DNA of 64,000 nt from Candidatus Flemingiibacterium sp. (GTDB lineage Bacteria > Bacillota > Clostridia > Oscillospirales > CAG-272). Shown here piece after piece: positions 56,601-64,000 of this stretch. The stretch lies in the NCBI GenBank assembly GCA_045578725.1, contig JAZNKS010000050.1, forward strand, positions 23,967-87,966. Reading direction: 5' to 3'. Below the pieces are notes generated by a model, which did not search any database, had not been told where the DNA came from, and saw only the letters and a program-made list of their open reading frames with translations. The translations under genes were made by a program, and so were the position numbers. Numbering within the stretch: the first letter of the stretch is position 1; every line of letters starts with the position of its first letter.

Positions 56601-57284
56601 GACATTGTTGGTCTGGATGCACATCAGGATCGCCTGATTGTCCGCATCGCTCCGTTTCAGATAGTGGACATCATTGGTAGCCGCCATCGGGATGGACAAT
56701 TCATGCGAGAGGCGGATCAGCCCGCGGTTGATCTCCTTCTGTTCCTCCATGCCGTGATCCTGAAGCTCGAGATAGTAGTCCTCGCCGAACAGCTCCTTCA
56801 TCTTTGCGGCGTGTGCGCGGGCCTCCTCATACCGGCCGTCGGCAAGATACCGCGGAACAGCTCCGGCCAGACAGGCGGAAAGCGCAATCAGCCCCTCATG
56901 ATGGGCTTCCAGAAGCTCCATATCGATGCGGGGCTTGGCATAAAAGCCTTCTGTGAAGGCTTTGGTTACCATATAAATCAGATTCCTGTAGCCGGTTTCA
57001 TTTTTGACCAGCAGAACCAGATGATAACTGGCATTATCCTCGCCGTGGCTCTTGTCGAACCGTGTCCGGCGGGACAGATAGACCTCACAGCCGATAATCG
57101 GCTTGATACCCTCGGCCTTGCAGGCATTGTAAAAGGCAACGGCGCCGTACATAACACCGTGGTCGGTAATCGCCGCGGCCGTGTGTCCGCATTCCTTCGC
57201 CCGGCGAGGAATGTCGGTGACCCGGCAGGCGCCGTCCAGCAGACTGTATTCGCTGTGCAGATGAAGATGTACAAAATCGGACAT
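53661..57284 (-). CDS. dnaE: DNA polymerase III alpha subunit (DnaE type)
   Basis: PHP N-terminus FVHLHLHSEYSLLDG and polymerase core motifs (PDFDIDF). 1207 aa. Confidence 0.97.
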   Translation of the reverse strand: MSDFVHLHLHSEYSLLDGACRVTDIPRRAKECGHTAAAITDHGVMYGAVAFYNACKAEGIKPIIGCEVYLSRRTRFDKSHGEDNASYHLVLLVKNETGYRNLIYMVTKAFTEGFYAKPRIDMELLEAHHEGLIALSACLAGAVPRYLADGRYEEARAHAAKMKELFGEDYYLELQDHGMEEQKEINRGLIRLSHELSIPMAATNDVHYLKRSDADNQAILMCIQTNNVITDGRPIGFETDEFYYKTTDEMEKLFGYLDGDPLGSPLANTQIIADKCRFDFDFSKLYLPAFHPEDGSSPADYLRTLAERGLKRHLEGGRIVYTDKHPESEYRERIEYELSVIIKMGYDEYFLIVQDFVGWAKAHGIPVGPGRGSGAGSLVAFLLGITDLDPLVFELLFERFLNPERVSMPDFDIDFCYNRRDEVIDYVRSRYGSDHVAQIITFGTMAARAVVRDVGRALGMSYADTDAVAKLIPRAMDVTLESALKSVKELREMAEDNPEIKRLLDISMALEGMPRHASTHAAGVVITDRPVSDYVPLSVNGDIPVTQFDMDTVAKLGLLKFDFLALRYLTILSDTERQIREYEPEFSLERLPLDDAPAYELISSGATDGIFQLESGGMRQMLTQLRPDCIEDIIAAISLYRPGPMDSIPKYIENRRKASELTYAVPQIAPILDVTYGCMVYQEQVMQVCRTVAGYTYGRADLVRRIMAKKKAEEMEKERAVFLTGARQNGVEETAAEQLFDEMSGFASYAFNKSHAAAYAILSYRTAYCKKHYPCEYLAALMTSVMGNAAKTAEYVAECNRFGIRILPPDINESGPYFRAYRSGNERYIRFGLLAIKSLGEGFINRVVRERAGRPFASFEDFVERMYAQDMNKRQAEALIKCGAFDSLGIYRSRLLLSYELIIDHNQERSRSNLSGQLDMFSAIGGDGMPARETFGYPDIPELTFRERLRLEKECAGTYFSGHMLEDYTRHIAQVQPDSIGDILSSFREEEGDGKLYADSQTVTLCAIVTRRQIKMTKKGDTMAFAVLEDRFGEIEAILFPKVLETVGHLFTEDAALIVTGRLSARDDEDPRLLCQSALALVDDAHYTDAAPMPERVYQKSAAGPAAPTATAHTAKSDPSAPPHPMSAPSAPPQKVFLRVEHADESDTGFRKALNLCSIFCDGNTEVIFFDKSASEYRKIRNLRLAASPFVLAELIALLGAENVVCK

Positions 57285-57318
57285 ACGGTTTCTCCCGGAG
57301 AATTTCTCCTATACCCGG

Positions 57319-58233
57319 TTATCGGGTCCACGAAACGATCTTTTTCAGCCGGTGATTGACACCGGATTTGGTGATGGGCGGATCGTGCAGCGCCGCCAGC
57401 TGGGACAGAGTGGCATCGTCATGCTCCAGCCGCAGAATGGCCGTCTGCCGAAGTTCGTCCGGCATATGCTCCAGCTCGCCGCTGTCCATCAGCGCGCGGA
57501 TAGCCGCCACCTGATCCGTGGCTGCCGCCACCGTCTTGCCGATGTTGGCAAGCTCGCTGTTGGCAATCCGGTTGGCATCGCTGCGCAGCTCGCGCTCGAT
57601 CTTCTTGTTCATGATGGTAAAGGCCGCCTGATTGGCACCGATCAGGGCAAGGAAGCCCTCGATACTCTCGCTGTCCTTGTAATACAGGACATATTCGGTC
57701 TTGCGGTGCATCCGCTTGGGCTCCAGCCCGCTCTCGGCAAGCAGGGCGCTCAATTCATCGGCCGTATCCTCACGGGTCACACTCAGCTCCAGATGATAGC
57801 TCTTATCCGGATTGGTGATCGTTCCCGCCGTCAGAAAGGCGCCGCGCAGAAAGGCCATCTGGCAGTTCGGACAGCGGAACATTTCCCGCCGAAGCTGCGT
57901 TTCCGGATCTCCGGGCCCATAATGAAAGGCGGAAAACAGCCGCTCCAGTTCTTTTTTCTGCGGGAGCGTGATTTTGCAGCTCTGCCGCTCATCTTCTTCC
58001 CCGCTCTTTTTTTCGGTGATATACAGATTGCCGTTCAGGCCGTACAGCTCCGCAAGGCGCTTAACAGTCAGATCGGCAAGCTTCCTGCAGGTGGTGACAA
58101 GCTTGCATTTCTGGCGCGAGAATACACCCGCCAGGCAGAGGATTCCGTACAGCTCCGCACGCCGGCAGCAATCCCGCTTCTGCGCATCGGAATGCGAAAT
58201 CAGATCGGTCTTGGTTTCGTAAGCAAACGACAT
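57319..58233 (-). CDS. whiA: DNA-binding protein WhiA
   Basis: LAGLIDADG-like N-terminal halves and a C-terminal HTH (LSKSGVNHRLKKI pattern). Confidence 0.92.
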   Translation of the reverse strand: MSFAYETKTDLISHSDAQKRDCCRRAELYGILCLAGVFSRQKCKLVTTCRKLADLTVKRLAELYGLNGNLYITEKKSGEEDERQSCKITLPQKKELERLFSAFHYGPGDPETQLRREMFRCPNCQMAFLRGAFLTAGTITNPDKSYHLELSVTREDTADELSALLAESGLEPKRMHRKTEYVLYYKDSESIEGFLALIGANQAAFTIMNKKIERELRSDANRIANSELANIGKTVAAATDQVAAIRALMDSGELEHMPDELRQTAILRLEHDDATLSQLAALHDPPITKSGVNHRLKKIVSWTR

Positions 58234-58253
58234 GATGGAAGCGTTTCCTTCGT

Positions 58254-59111
58254 TTATTTATTGATATCGCGGTGAATCGTCACCGTCTGGTAGCCCAGAT
58301 GCCGGATATGCGCCGACAGGGCTTCTGCGATGGCAACCGAGCGGTGCTTGCCGCCGGTGCATCCAATGGCCGTGATCAGCTGGGCCTTGCCCTCCTTCTG
58401 ATAGAGCGGAAGGAGATAATCGACCATATCGTAAAGCTTGTCCATAAAGGCCAGCGTTTCCTCATGCGAGAATACATAATCCCGCACGGGAGCTTCCAGG
58501 CCGGTAAGCGGCTTCAATTCCGGATCGTAATACGGATTGGGGAAGCAGCGCACATCAAAAACCAGATCGGCTTCGCTGGCCGCCCCGTGCTTGAAACCAA
58601 AGGACATACAGGTCACCAGAAGCTTCCGGGTATTGCCCGCGCCCTCAACCCCTGCAATCTTCTCGCGGAGCTGGGCGGTAGTCAGCTTGGTCGTATCGAT
58701 GACATAATCGGCGCGCAGACGGGCCAGCTCCAGCCGCATCCGCTCCCTGCGGAGCGCTTCGGCGATGGTGATGCCCTCGGATGCCACCAGCGGATGGGTC
58801 CGGCGGGTTTCCTTGTAGCGCGCGATGATCACATCGTCCGAACACTCCATAAAGATCGTGCGGCAGTTGATCCCCTGCGTTTTCAGCTCATCCAGCCGGG
58901 CAAACAGCGTGTCAAACTCCACCTCGCCGCGGATATCCACAACAAAGGCGATCCGCCCCTCCTTGCCGGGAGTTGCATGGTAAATTTCCGCCACCTTGGG
59001 AATCAGCTGGGCCGGCATATTGTCAATACAGTACCAGCCGAGATCCTCCAGCGTATTGGCGGCCTGCGATTTTCCGCCGCCGCTCATGCCTGTGATAATT
59101 AAAAATTCCAC
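58254..59111 (-). CDS. rapZ: RNase adapter protein RapZ (YvcJ)
   Basis: Walker A ITGMSGGGKS and C-terminal CTGGKHRSV. The likely start is GTG at 59111, just after the murB stop. The ATG at 59207 would overlap murB by 74 nt. Confidence 0.88.
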   Translation of the reverse strand: MEFLIITGMSGGGKSQAANTLEDLGWYCIDNMPAQLIPKVAEIYHATPGKEGRIAFVVDIRGEVEFDTLFARLDELKTQGINCRTIFMECSDDVIIARYKETRRTHPLVASEGITIAEALRRERMRLELARLRADYVIDTTKLTTAQLREKIAGVEGAGNTRKLLVTCMSFGFKHGAASEADLVFDVRCFPNPYYDPELKPLTGLEAPVRDYVFSHEETLAFMDKLYDMVDYLLPLYQKEGKAQLITAIGCTGGKHRSVAIAEALSAHIRHLGYQTVTIHRDINK

Positions 59112-59133
59112 TTTCTTTTCTTTCCTTTGTCTG

Positions 59134-60033
59134 TCAGCCGATCCGGCGGATCTCACATTCGATCTCCACGCCGAACTGACGGTCAAGCTCTGTTTTGATG
59201 ATGTCAATCAGCGCCAGCACATCGGCGGCCGTTGCACCGCCGCGGTTGATGATGAATCCGGCGTGCTTTTCGGATACCTGCGCTCCGCCGACCGTCCGGC
59301 CCTTGAGTCCGGCCTCATCAATCAGCTGGGAGGTGAAGAATCCGTTTCCGCGCTTGAAAACGCTTCCGGCGCTCGGATATTCAAGCGGCTGTTTTTCCCG
59401 GCGGCGGGAGAGATAATCGTGCATCTCGTCCTCGATTTCCTTCCGGTCACCCGGTGTCAGCGTGAAATCCGCGGACAGCAGGATTTTATCCCCGCCCATA
59501 TACGCGCTGTGACGGTAACCGAAATCATGCTCCGTCCCCAAAAAGCATCCGATGCTGCCGTCGCGGCGGTCGATCCAGCGGCTGACGGACGTAATCTGCG
59601 CCATCTCACCGCCATAAGCACCGGCATTCATATAGATGCCGCCGCCGACCGTTCCCGGGATGCCGTAAGCGAAGGCAACCCCCGCCAGCGAATGCTTTGC
59701 CGCTTCGGCAGCCAGCCGTGTCAGCGGAACACCGGCACCGGCACGAAGCGTCACGCCATCGGCCGTACATTCATTCAGCCCGGTGAGAATCAGCGCCGCG
59801 CCGTCAAAGCCCGCATCGTCGGCCAGCACATTGGAACCGTTGCCCAGCACCGCAAGAGGAAAATCCCCGATCGCGCGCAGTGCCTCGATGACCTCGCGGT
59901 CATTTTTCGGAAAAACAGCCAATCTTGCCGGGCCGCCGATCCGGAAGCTGGTGTGGAGCGAAAGCGGCTCCATCTCCCGGTATTCGATTCCCGCACGGGT
60001 CAGTTTATCCGTAATCGGATGAATAGTCATCAC
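59134..60033 (-). CDS. murB: UDP-N-acetylenolpyruvoylglucosamine reductase
   Basis: FAD-binding GGPA...VLGNGSNVL and GSVFKRG motifs. Confidence 0.93.
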   Translation of the reverse strand: MMTIHPITDKLTRAGIEYREMEPLSLHTSFRIGGPARLAVFPKNDREVIEALRAIGDFPLAVLGNGSNVLADDAGFDGAALILTGLNECTADGVTLRAGAGVPLTRLAAEAAKHSLAGVAFAYGIPGTVGGGIYMNAGAYGGEMAQITSVSRWIDRRDGSIGCFLGTEHDFGYRHSAYMGGDKILLSADFTLTPGDRKEIEDEMHDYLSRRREKQPLEYPSAGSVFKRGNGFFTSQLIDEAGLKGRTVGGAQVSEKHAGFIINRGGATAADVLALIDIIKTELDRQFGVEIECEIRRIG

Positions 60034-60052
60034 GCAAAATTCCTTTCCGGCA

Positions 60053-60763
60053 TCAATGGAACTGCGGTATCAGCAGAATCTCCAGATGCATCATGGAATC
60101 CGCCTCCTCAGTAGGACGGATTCCGGGCTTTCCCGGCTGATGGCCGGGATTGTACCAGCAGGTATCAAGACCGGCCGCGATGCCGCCGGCGATATCGGTT
60201 TCGAGATTATCGCCGACCATCAGGGTGTACCTTCTTGCATCCTCGCCGATTTTTGAAAAGACGTAATCAAAATAGGCCGGCATGGGCTTTGGCGCACCCG
60301 CGTCCTCCGATACAAAGATATCCTCAAAATACGGATAGATGGCCGAAGCCTCAAAGCGCTTACGCTGAACCCGGGAGATGCCGTTGGTCGCAAGATACAG
60401 CCTGTATCCGTATTCCTTCAGATTCCGGCAGAGCGCCTCGGCTCCGTCCAGCAGATAGGGACACTCCGCCAGCGCCTCGACATAAGCGGCGTTGAGGCGG
60501 ACACCGTCCGCCCCCGCCGCGCCGCCCTTCACGGTTTCAATAAACTCGGTGAATCTCCGGTTCTGCACATCATCCTTGGTGATCTCGCCCCGTCCGAGCC
60601 GATCCCACAGCGATTGATTGATCGCCTTGTAGCGCCGGTAATCGTCCTCGGTACAGTGTATGCCGTTTGCCGCCATAACGGTTCCGAACGCCTCCTTTTC
60701 GGCGCGGTCGAAATCGAACAGGGTCATATCGGCATCGAACAGAATGACCTCGTAAACCTTCAT
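60053..60763 (-). CDS. HAD family hydrolase (YjjG-like nucleotidase subfamily)
   Basis: Motif I FDADMTLFDF and motif IV MVGDNLETDI. Confidence 0.8.
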   Translation of the reverse strand: MKVYEVILFDADMTLFDFDRAEKEAFGTVMAANGIHCTEDDYRRYKAINQSLWDRLGRGEITKDDVQNRRFTEFIETVKGGAAGADGVRLNAAYVEALAECPYLLDGAEALCRNLKEYGYRLYLATNGISRVQRKRFEASAIYPYFEDIFVSEDAGAPKPMPAYFDYVFSKIGEDARRYTLMVGDNLETDIAGGIAAGLDTCWYNPGHQPGKPGIRPTEEADSMMHLEILLIPQFH

Positions 60764-61986
60764 GCCTTCAGGATGAACTTGTGGAAGACCTTCTTGCCCT
60801 TCTTGACGATCACACCGTCGGCAAGCCTAGCGCCGTCCACGACCGCATCAAAGCGCTCGACCTTGGCATCGTCCACGGCAATACCGCCCTGCTGGATCAG
60901 GCGCTTGGCCTCGCCCTTGGAGGGAGCCAGCTTGCCCTTGACCAGAAGATCGGCCACGCTGATCACGCCATCGGTCAGATCGTCAGCGGGAAGCTCGGTA
61001 GTCGGCATATCCTCGCTGACACCGCCCTGTGCGAACAGAGCCTTGGCGGCGGCCTTGGCCTTCTCGGCCTCTTGGTCGCCGTGAACCATCTTGGTCAGCT
61101 CATAGGCGAGAATCTCCTTGGCATTATTCAGCTGGGCACCTTCCCACTTATCCATCTCATCAATCTGCTCCAGCGGCAGGAAGGTCAGCATCCGGATGCA
61201 CTTGAGGACATCCGCATCACCGACATTGCGCCAGTACTGGTAGAAATCGAAGGGCGAGGTCTTGTTGGGATCGAGCCATACGGCATTGCCGGCCGTCTTG
61301 CCCATCTTCTTGCCCTGGGAGTCGGTCAGAAGGGTGATGGTCATCGCGTGAGCATCCTTGCCCAGCTTCTTGCGGATCAGCTCGGTGCCGCCCAGCATAT
61401 TCGACCACTGATCATCGCCGCCGAATTCCATGTTGCAGCCGTATTTCTTGAACATGTAGTAGAAATCGTAGGACTGCATGATCATGTAGTTGAATTCAAG
61501 GAAGGACAGACCCTTCTCCATGCGCTGCTTGTAGCATTCGGCGCGGAGCATATTGTTGACCGAGAAGCAGGCACCGACCTCGCGGAGCAGCTCCACATAA
61601 TTCAGATTCAGCAGCCAGTCGGCATTATTGACCATCATCGCCTTGCCCTCACCGAAATCGATGAAGCGCTCCATCTGGCGCTTGAAGCATTCGGCGTTGT
61701 GATCGATATCCTCCTTGGTCAGCATTTTGCGCATATCGGTACGGCCGGAGGGGTCGCCGATCATCGTGGTGCCGCCGCCGATCAGAGCGATCGGCTTGTT
61801 GCCTGCCATCTGGAGGCGCTTCATCAGCGTGAGCGCCATGAAATGGCCGGCCGTCAGCGAATCCGCCGTGCAGTCAAAGCCGATGTAGAAGGTGGCCTTG
61901 CCCTCGTTGATCATCTCGCGGATGTGTTCTTCGTCCGTTACCTGCGCGATCAGACCGCGCGCTTTCAGTTCTTCGTAAATTTTCAT
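60760..61986 (-). CDS. tyrS: tyrosine--tRNA ligase
   Basis: HIGH-region variant TAGHFM, KMGKT (KMSKS) and a C-terminal S4 domain. Confidence 0.95.
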   Translation of the reverse strand: MKIYEELKARGLIAQVTDEEHIREMINEGKATFYIGFDCTADSLTAGHFMALTLMKRLQMAGNKPIALIGGGTTMIGDPSGRTDMRKMLTKEDIDHNAECFKRQMERFIDFGEGKAMMVNNADWLLNLNYVELLREVGACFSVNNMLRAECYKQRMEKGLSFLEFNYMIMQSYDFYYMFKKYGCNMEFGGDDQWSNMLGGTELIRKKLGKDAHAMTITLLTDSQGKKMGKTAGNAVWLDPNKTSPFDFYQYWRNVGDADVLKCIRMLTFLPLEQIDEMDKWEGAQLNNAKEILAYELTKMVHGDQEAEKAKAAAKALFAQGGVSEDMPTTELPADDLTDGVISVADLLVKGKLAPSKGEAKRLIQQGGIAVDDAKVERFDAVVDGARLADGVIVKKGKKVFHKFILKA

Positions 61987-62014
61987 ATTTATCGTTTCCT
62001 TTCGGTTATTGTCT

Positions 62015-63712
62015 TCAGATTTTCTCGTCGATCATTTCGCGGGCCGTTTCAAGAAGCCGTTCGGTGATGTTGAGGCCGCCCATAATCCGCGCCACCTCGT
62101 GCACCCGGCCGTCCCGATCCAGCGGCTCCACACTTGTGGACACCCGTCCGCCTTCCTCATGCTTTGAGATTTTGAAATGATTGTCGGCCAGCGCCGCAAT
62201 CTGCGCCGAGTGGGTCACGCAGAGCACCTGCGCCCGTCCCTTTGCGGCCAGATCCCGCAGCTTGATGCCGATCTTCTGGGAGGTCTTGCCGGAAACGCCC
62301 GTATCCACCTCATCGAAGATCAGCGTGGCCAGCGCATCCCGATCGGCCAGCACATTCTTCACGGCCAGCATGATCCGGGAAAGCTCACCGCCCGACGCAA
62401 TCCGCGCCAGCGGCTTCAGCGGCTCGCCCTTGTTGGTTGCAATCAGAAACTCCACATCGTCAACGCCGCGCCGGGCGTACGAAGCGCCTCCGTCGGCTTC
62501 CACGCGATGCTTCACTTCGGCTGCGAACCGGACACCGCCCATATCAAGATAGCTCAGCTGGGCTTCGATCGCCTTTGACAGCGACTGGGCGCCCTCAATT
62601 CGCCGCTCGGACAGCTCCTCGGCCTGTGCCGCCAGAATCGGAAGAAGCTGCTCCCGCTCGTTTTTGCAGTCCTGAAGCCGCTCCTCGGACAGCTCGATGG
62701 TTTCCAGCTGTTCCTTCGCCCTGGCCAGGAAGGCCAGCACATCCGCGACGGTATCGCCGTATTTTCGCTCCAGCCGTGCAATCTCGTCCAGCCGGGTTTC
62801 GATCCGGTCAAGCTTGGCGGTGGCATCCTCGCCGTCCTCGTCGCCGAAGCCCTCGGCCGTCAGCGCGATGTCCTCCAATTCGTAGGTCATGGCCTCCAGC
62901 CGTGCTGAAAGGCCCTCGGCATCGGGGATCACCGCCGACAGGGCATCCAGCGCCTTTATCGCCCGCTTCAGGCGATCCATCGCGGCGGTTCCCTTTTCGT
63001 TCTGATAAAGAGCGGCCGTGACGGTATGGGCCAACTGATTGATTTTCTCGCTGTTCTGAAGCTTGGTGCGCTGCTTCAGAAGGCGCTCCTCCTCGTCCGG
63101 CTTCAGCTTCGCCTCGGTGATCTCATCGATCTGGTAGCGTAAGAATTCCAGCCGCTGGGCCTTTTCGCGCTCGTTCGCCGTCAGATCGGCAATCCGCCGG
63201 TCCAGCTCGCAGAGCTTATCGTAATTCACCTGATACGCGGCCAGCTCCCCGGCCAGCCCCACATATTCATCCAGATAGCCGATATGGTTTTCCGGCTCCA
63301 GCAGGGTCATGTTGTCATGCTGACCGTGGATGCCGATCAGATGCTTCATGGCCTCCCGCTGCATGGACAGGGGGATCACCCGTCCGTTGACACGCGCCGT
63401 GGATTTCCCGGCGGCGGTGATGGTGCGGGAGAACATCAGAAGACCATCCTCGTCCGGGCTGATGCCGATCTCGCCGAGCAGAGCCAGGCTCTCCGGCCCG
63501 AGATCGGAGAAAATCGCCGATACCGAGGCCGAGTCCTCCCCCGTGCGGATCAGATCGCGGGACTGCTTGGCCCCGAGGATCAGATTGATGCTGTCAATGA
63601 TGATGGATTTTCCCGCGCCGGTTTCACCGGTCAGCACCGTGAAGCCGGATGAAAAATCGATATCCGCCGAGCGGATGACCGCAATATTTTCAATATGCAG
63701 AGAAGAAAGCAT
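62015..63712 (-). CDS. recN: DNA repair protein RecN
   Basis: N-terminal Walker A GETGAGKS, a long coiled-coil middle region, and C-terminal SGGELSR with FDEVDTGV. Confidence 0.95.
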   Translation of the reverse strand: MLSSLHIENIAVIRSADIDFSSGFTVLTGETGAGKSIIIDSINLILGAKQSRDLIRTGEDSASVSAIFSDLGPESLALLGEIGISPDEDGLLMFSRTITAAGKSTARVNGRVIPLSMQREAMKHLIGIHGQHDNMTLLEPENHIGYLDEYVGLAGELAAYQVNYDKLCELDRRIADLTANEREKAQRLEFLRYQIDEITEAKLKPDEEERLLKQRTKLQNSEKINQLAHTVTAALYQNEKGTAAMDRLKRAIKALDALSAVIPDAEGLSARLEAMTYELEDIALTAEGFGDEDGEDATAKLDRIETRLDEIARLERKYGDTVADVLAFLARAKEQLETIELSEERLQDCKNEREQLLPILAAQAEELSERRIEGAQSLSKAIEAQLSYLDMGGVRFAAEVKHRVEADGGASYARRGVDDVEFLIATNKGEPLKPLARIASGGELSRIMLAVKNVLADRDALATLIFDEVDTGVSGKTSQKIGIKLRDLAAKGRAQVLCVTHSAQIAALADNHFKISKHEEGGRVSTSVEPLDRDGRVHEVARIMGGLNITERLLETAREMIDEKI

Positions 63713-63748
63713 TCCCTCACCGCCTTTCCTGTTAACGCTCCTGCGGCG

Positions 63749-64000
63749 TCAGCTGTATTTTTCGATGATGGTGCGCAGATCGCTGACCAGCCGTCCGGCC
63801 GCATCGTTGGTGCGCATCACGATAATAACGGTATCATCGCCTGCCACGCTTCCGACCACATCCTCGCGGCCCATGGAATCGATGGCCGCACCCGCGCCCT
63901 GGGCCATGCCCGCGCAGGTTTTCACCACAACAATATTGTTGGCGCTGTCAACGCCGGTTACCGTTTCGATCAGCAGATTGCGGAAGCGGGTACTGATCGT
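63749..64000 (-). CDS. argR: arginine repressor ArgR, C-terminal part (5' end lies beyond the window)
   Basis: The reverse translation ends ...VKTCAGMAQGAGAAIDSMGREDVVGSVAGDDTVIIVMRTNDAAGRLVSDLRTIIEKYS-stop. It matches the ArgR oligomerisation/arginine-binding domain (GTIAGDDT-like) in the canonical argR-recN arrangement. Confidence 0.8.
   Translation of the reverse strand, partial: TISTRFRNLLIETVTGVDSANNIVVVKTCAGMAQGAGAAIDSMGREDVVGSVAGDDTVIIVMRTNDAAGRLVSDLRTIIEKYS

Noticed and set aside
59112-59207. Longer RapZ N-terminus starting at the ATG at 59207.
   Set aside because: It would overlap the murB 3' end by 74 nt and add a Ser/Arg-rich peptide absent from RapZ proteins. The GTG at 59111, just before the Walker A region and after the murB stop, fits better.
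61987-62014. T-box leader upstream of tyrS, and similarly upstream of gltX and glnS.
   Set aside because: The intergenic spaces are 17-28 nt, far too short for a T-box.

Overview
This is a 64-kb chromosomal segment from a high-GC Firmicute. Gene content suggests Clostridia, possibly an Oscillospiraceae/Ruminococcaceae-type organism, but that is inference from murB-rapZ-whiA, lepB-ylqF-rnhB-yraN, tig-clpP-clpX, DUF1540 and DUF4830 and was not searched. All protein calls come from motifs I recognise in the supplied translations; no database or tool was run.

Most of the window is housekeeping: two signal peptidases, rbgA, rnhB, thrC, tig, clpPX, an EF-G paralogue, tRNA-Gly(UCC), gltX, glnS, metY, secA, PBP1A, dnaE, whiA, rapZ, murB, tyrS, recN and a partial argR. 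I saw no transposase, integrase, phage gene, CRISPR array or recognisable defence gene. High GC produces many long antisense ORFs in the track, which I rejected.

The accessory content sits in small islands:
- A MacB/FtsX-type ABC exporter whose permease carries a long Ala/Glu coiled-coil insert.
- At about 20.3-29.3 kb, an AraC regulator, a frameshifted N-acetylneuraminate-lyase-like gene, four consecutive cytoplasmic BNR/Asp-box (sialidase-superfamily) genes of which three are a tandem triplication, an MFS transporter and a Gfo/Idh/MocA oxidoreductase.
- Two paralogous unknown membrane proteins and a 1003-aa cytoplasmic glycoside-hydrolase-like protein translationally chained to secA.
- An SGNH hydrolase, DUF4430 lipoprotein and TspO group.

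The best candidate for an uncharacterised system is the BNR-propeller locus. It looks like a catabolic module for a sialic-acid-like or related glycoside but does not match the canonical nan cluster layout. This is a hypothesis, not a demonstrated function.
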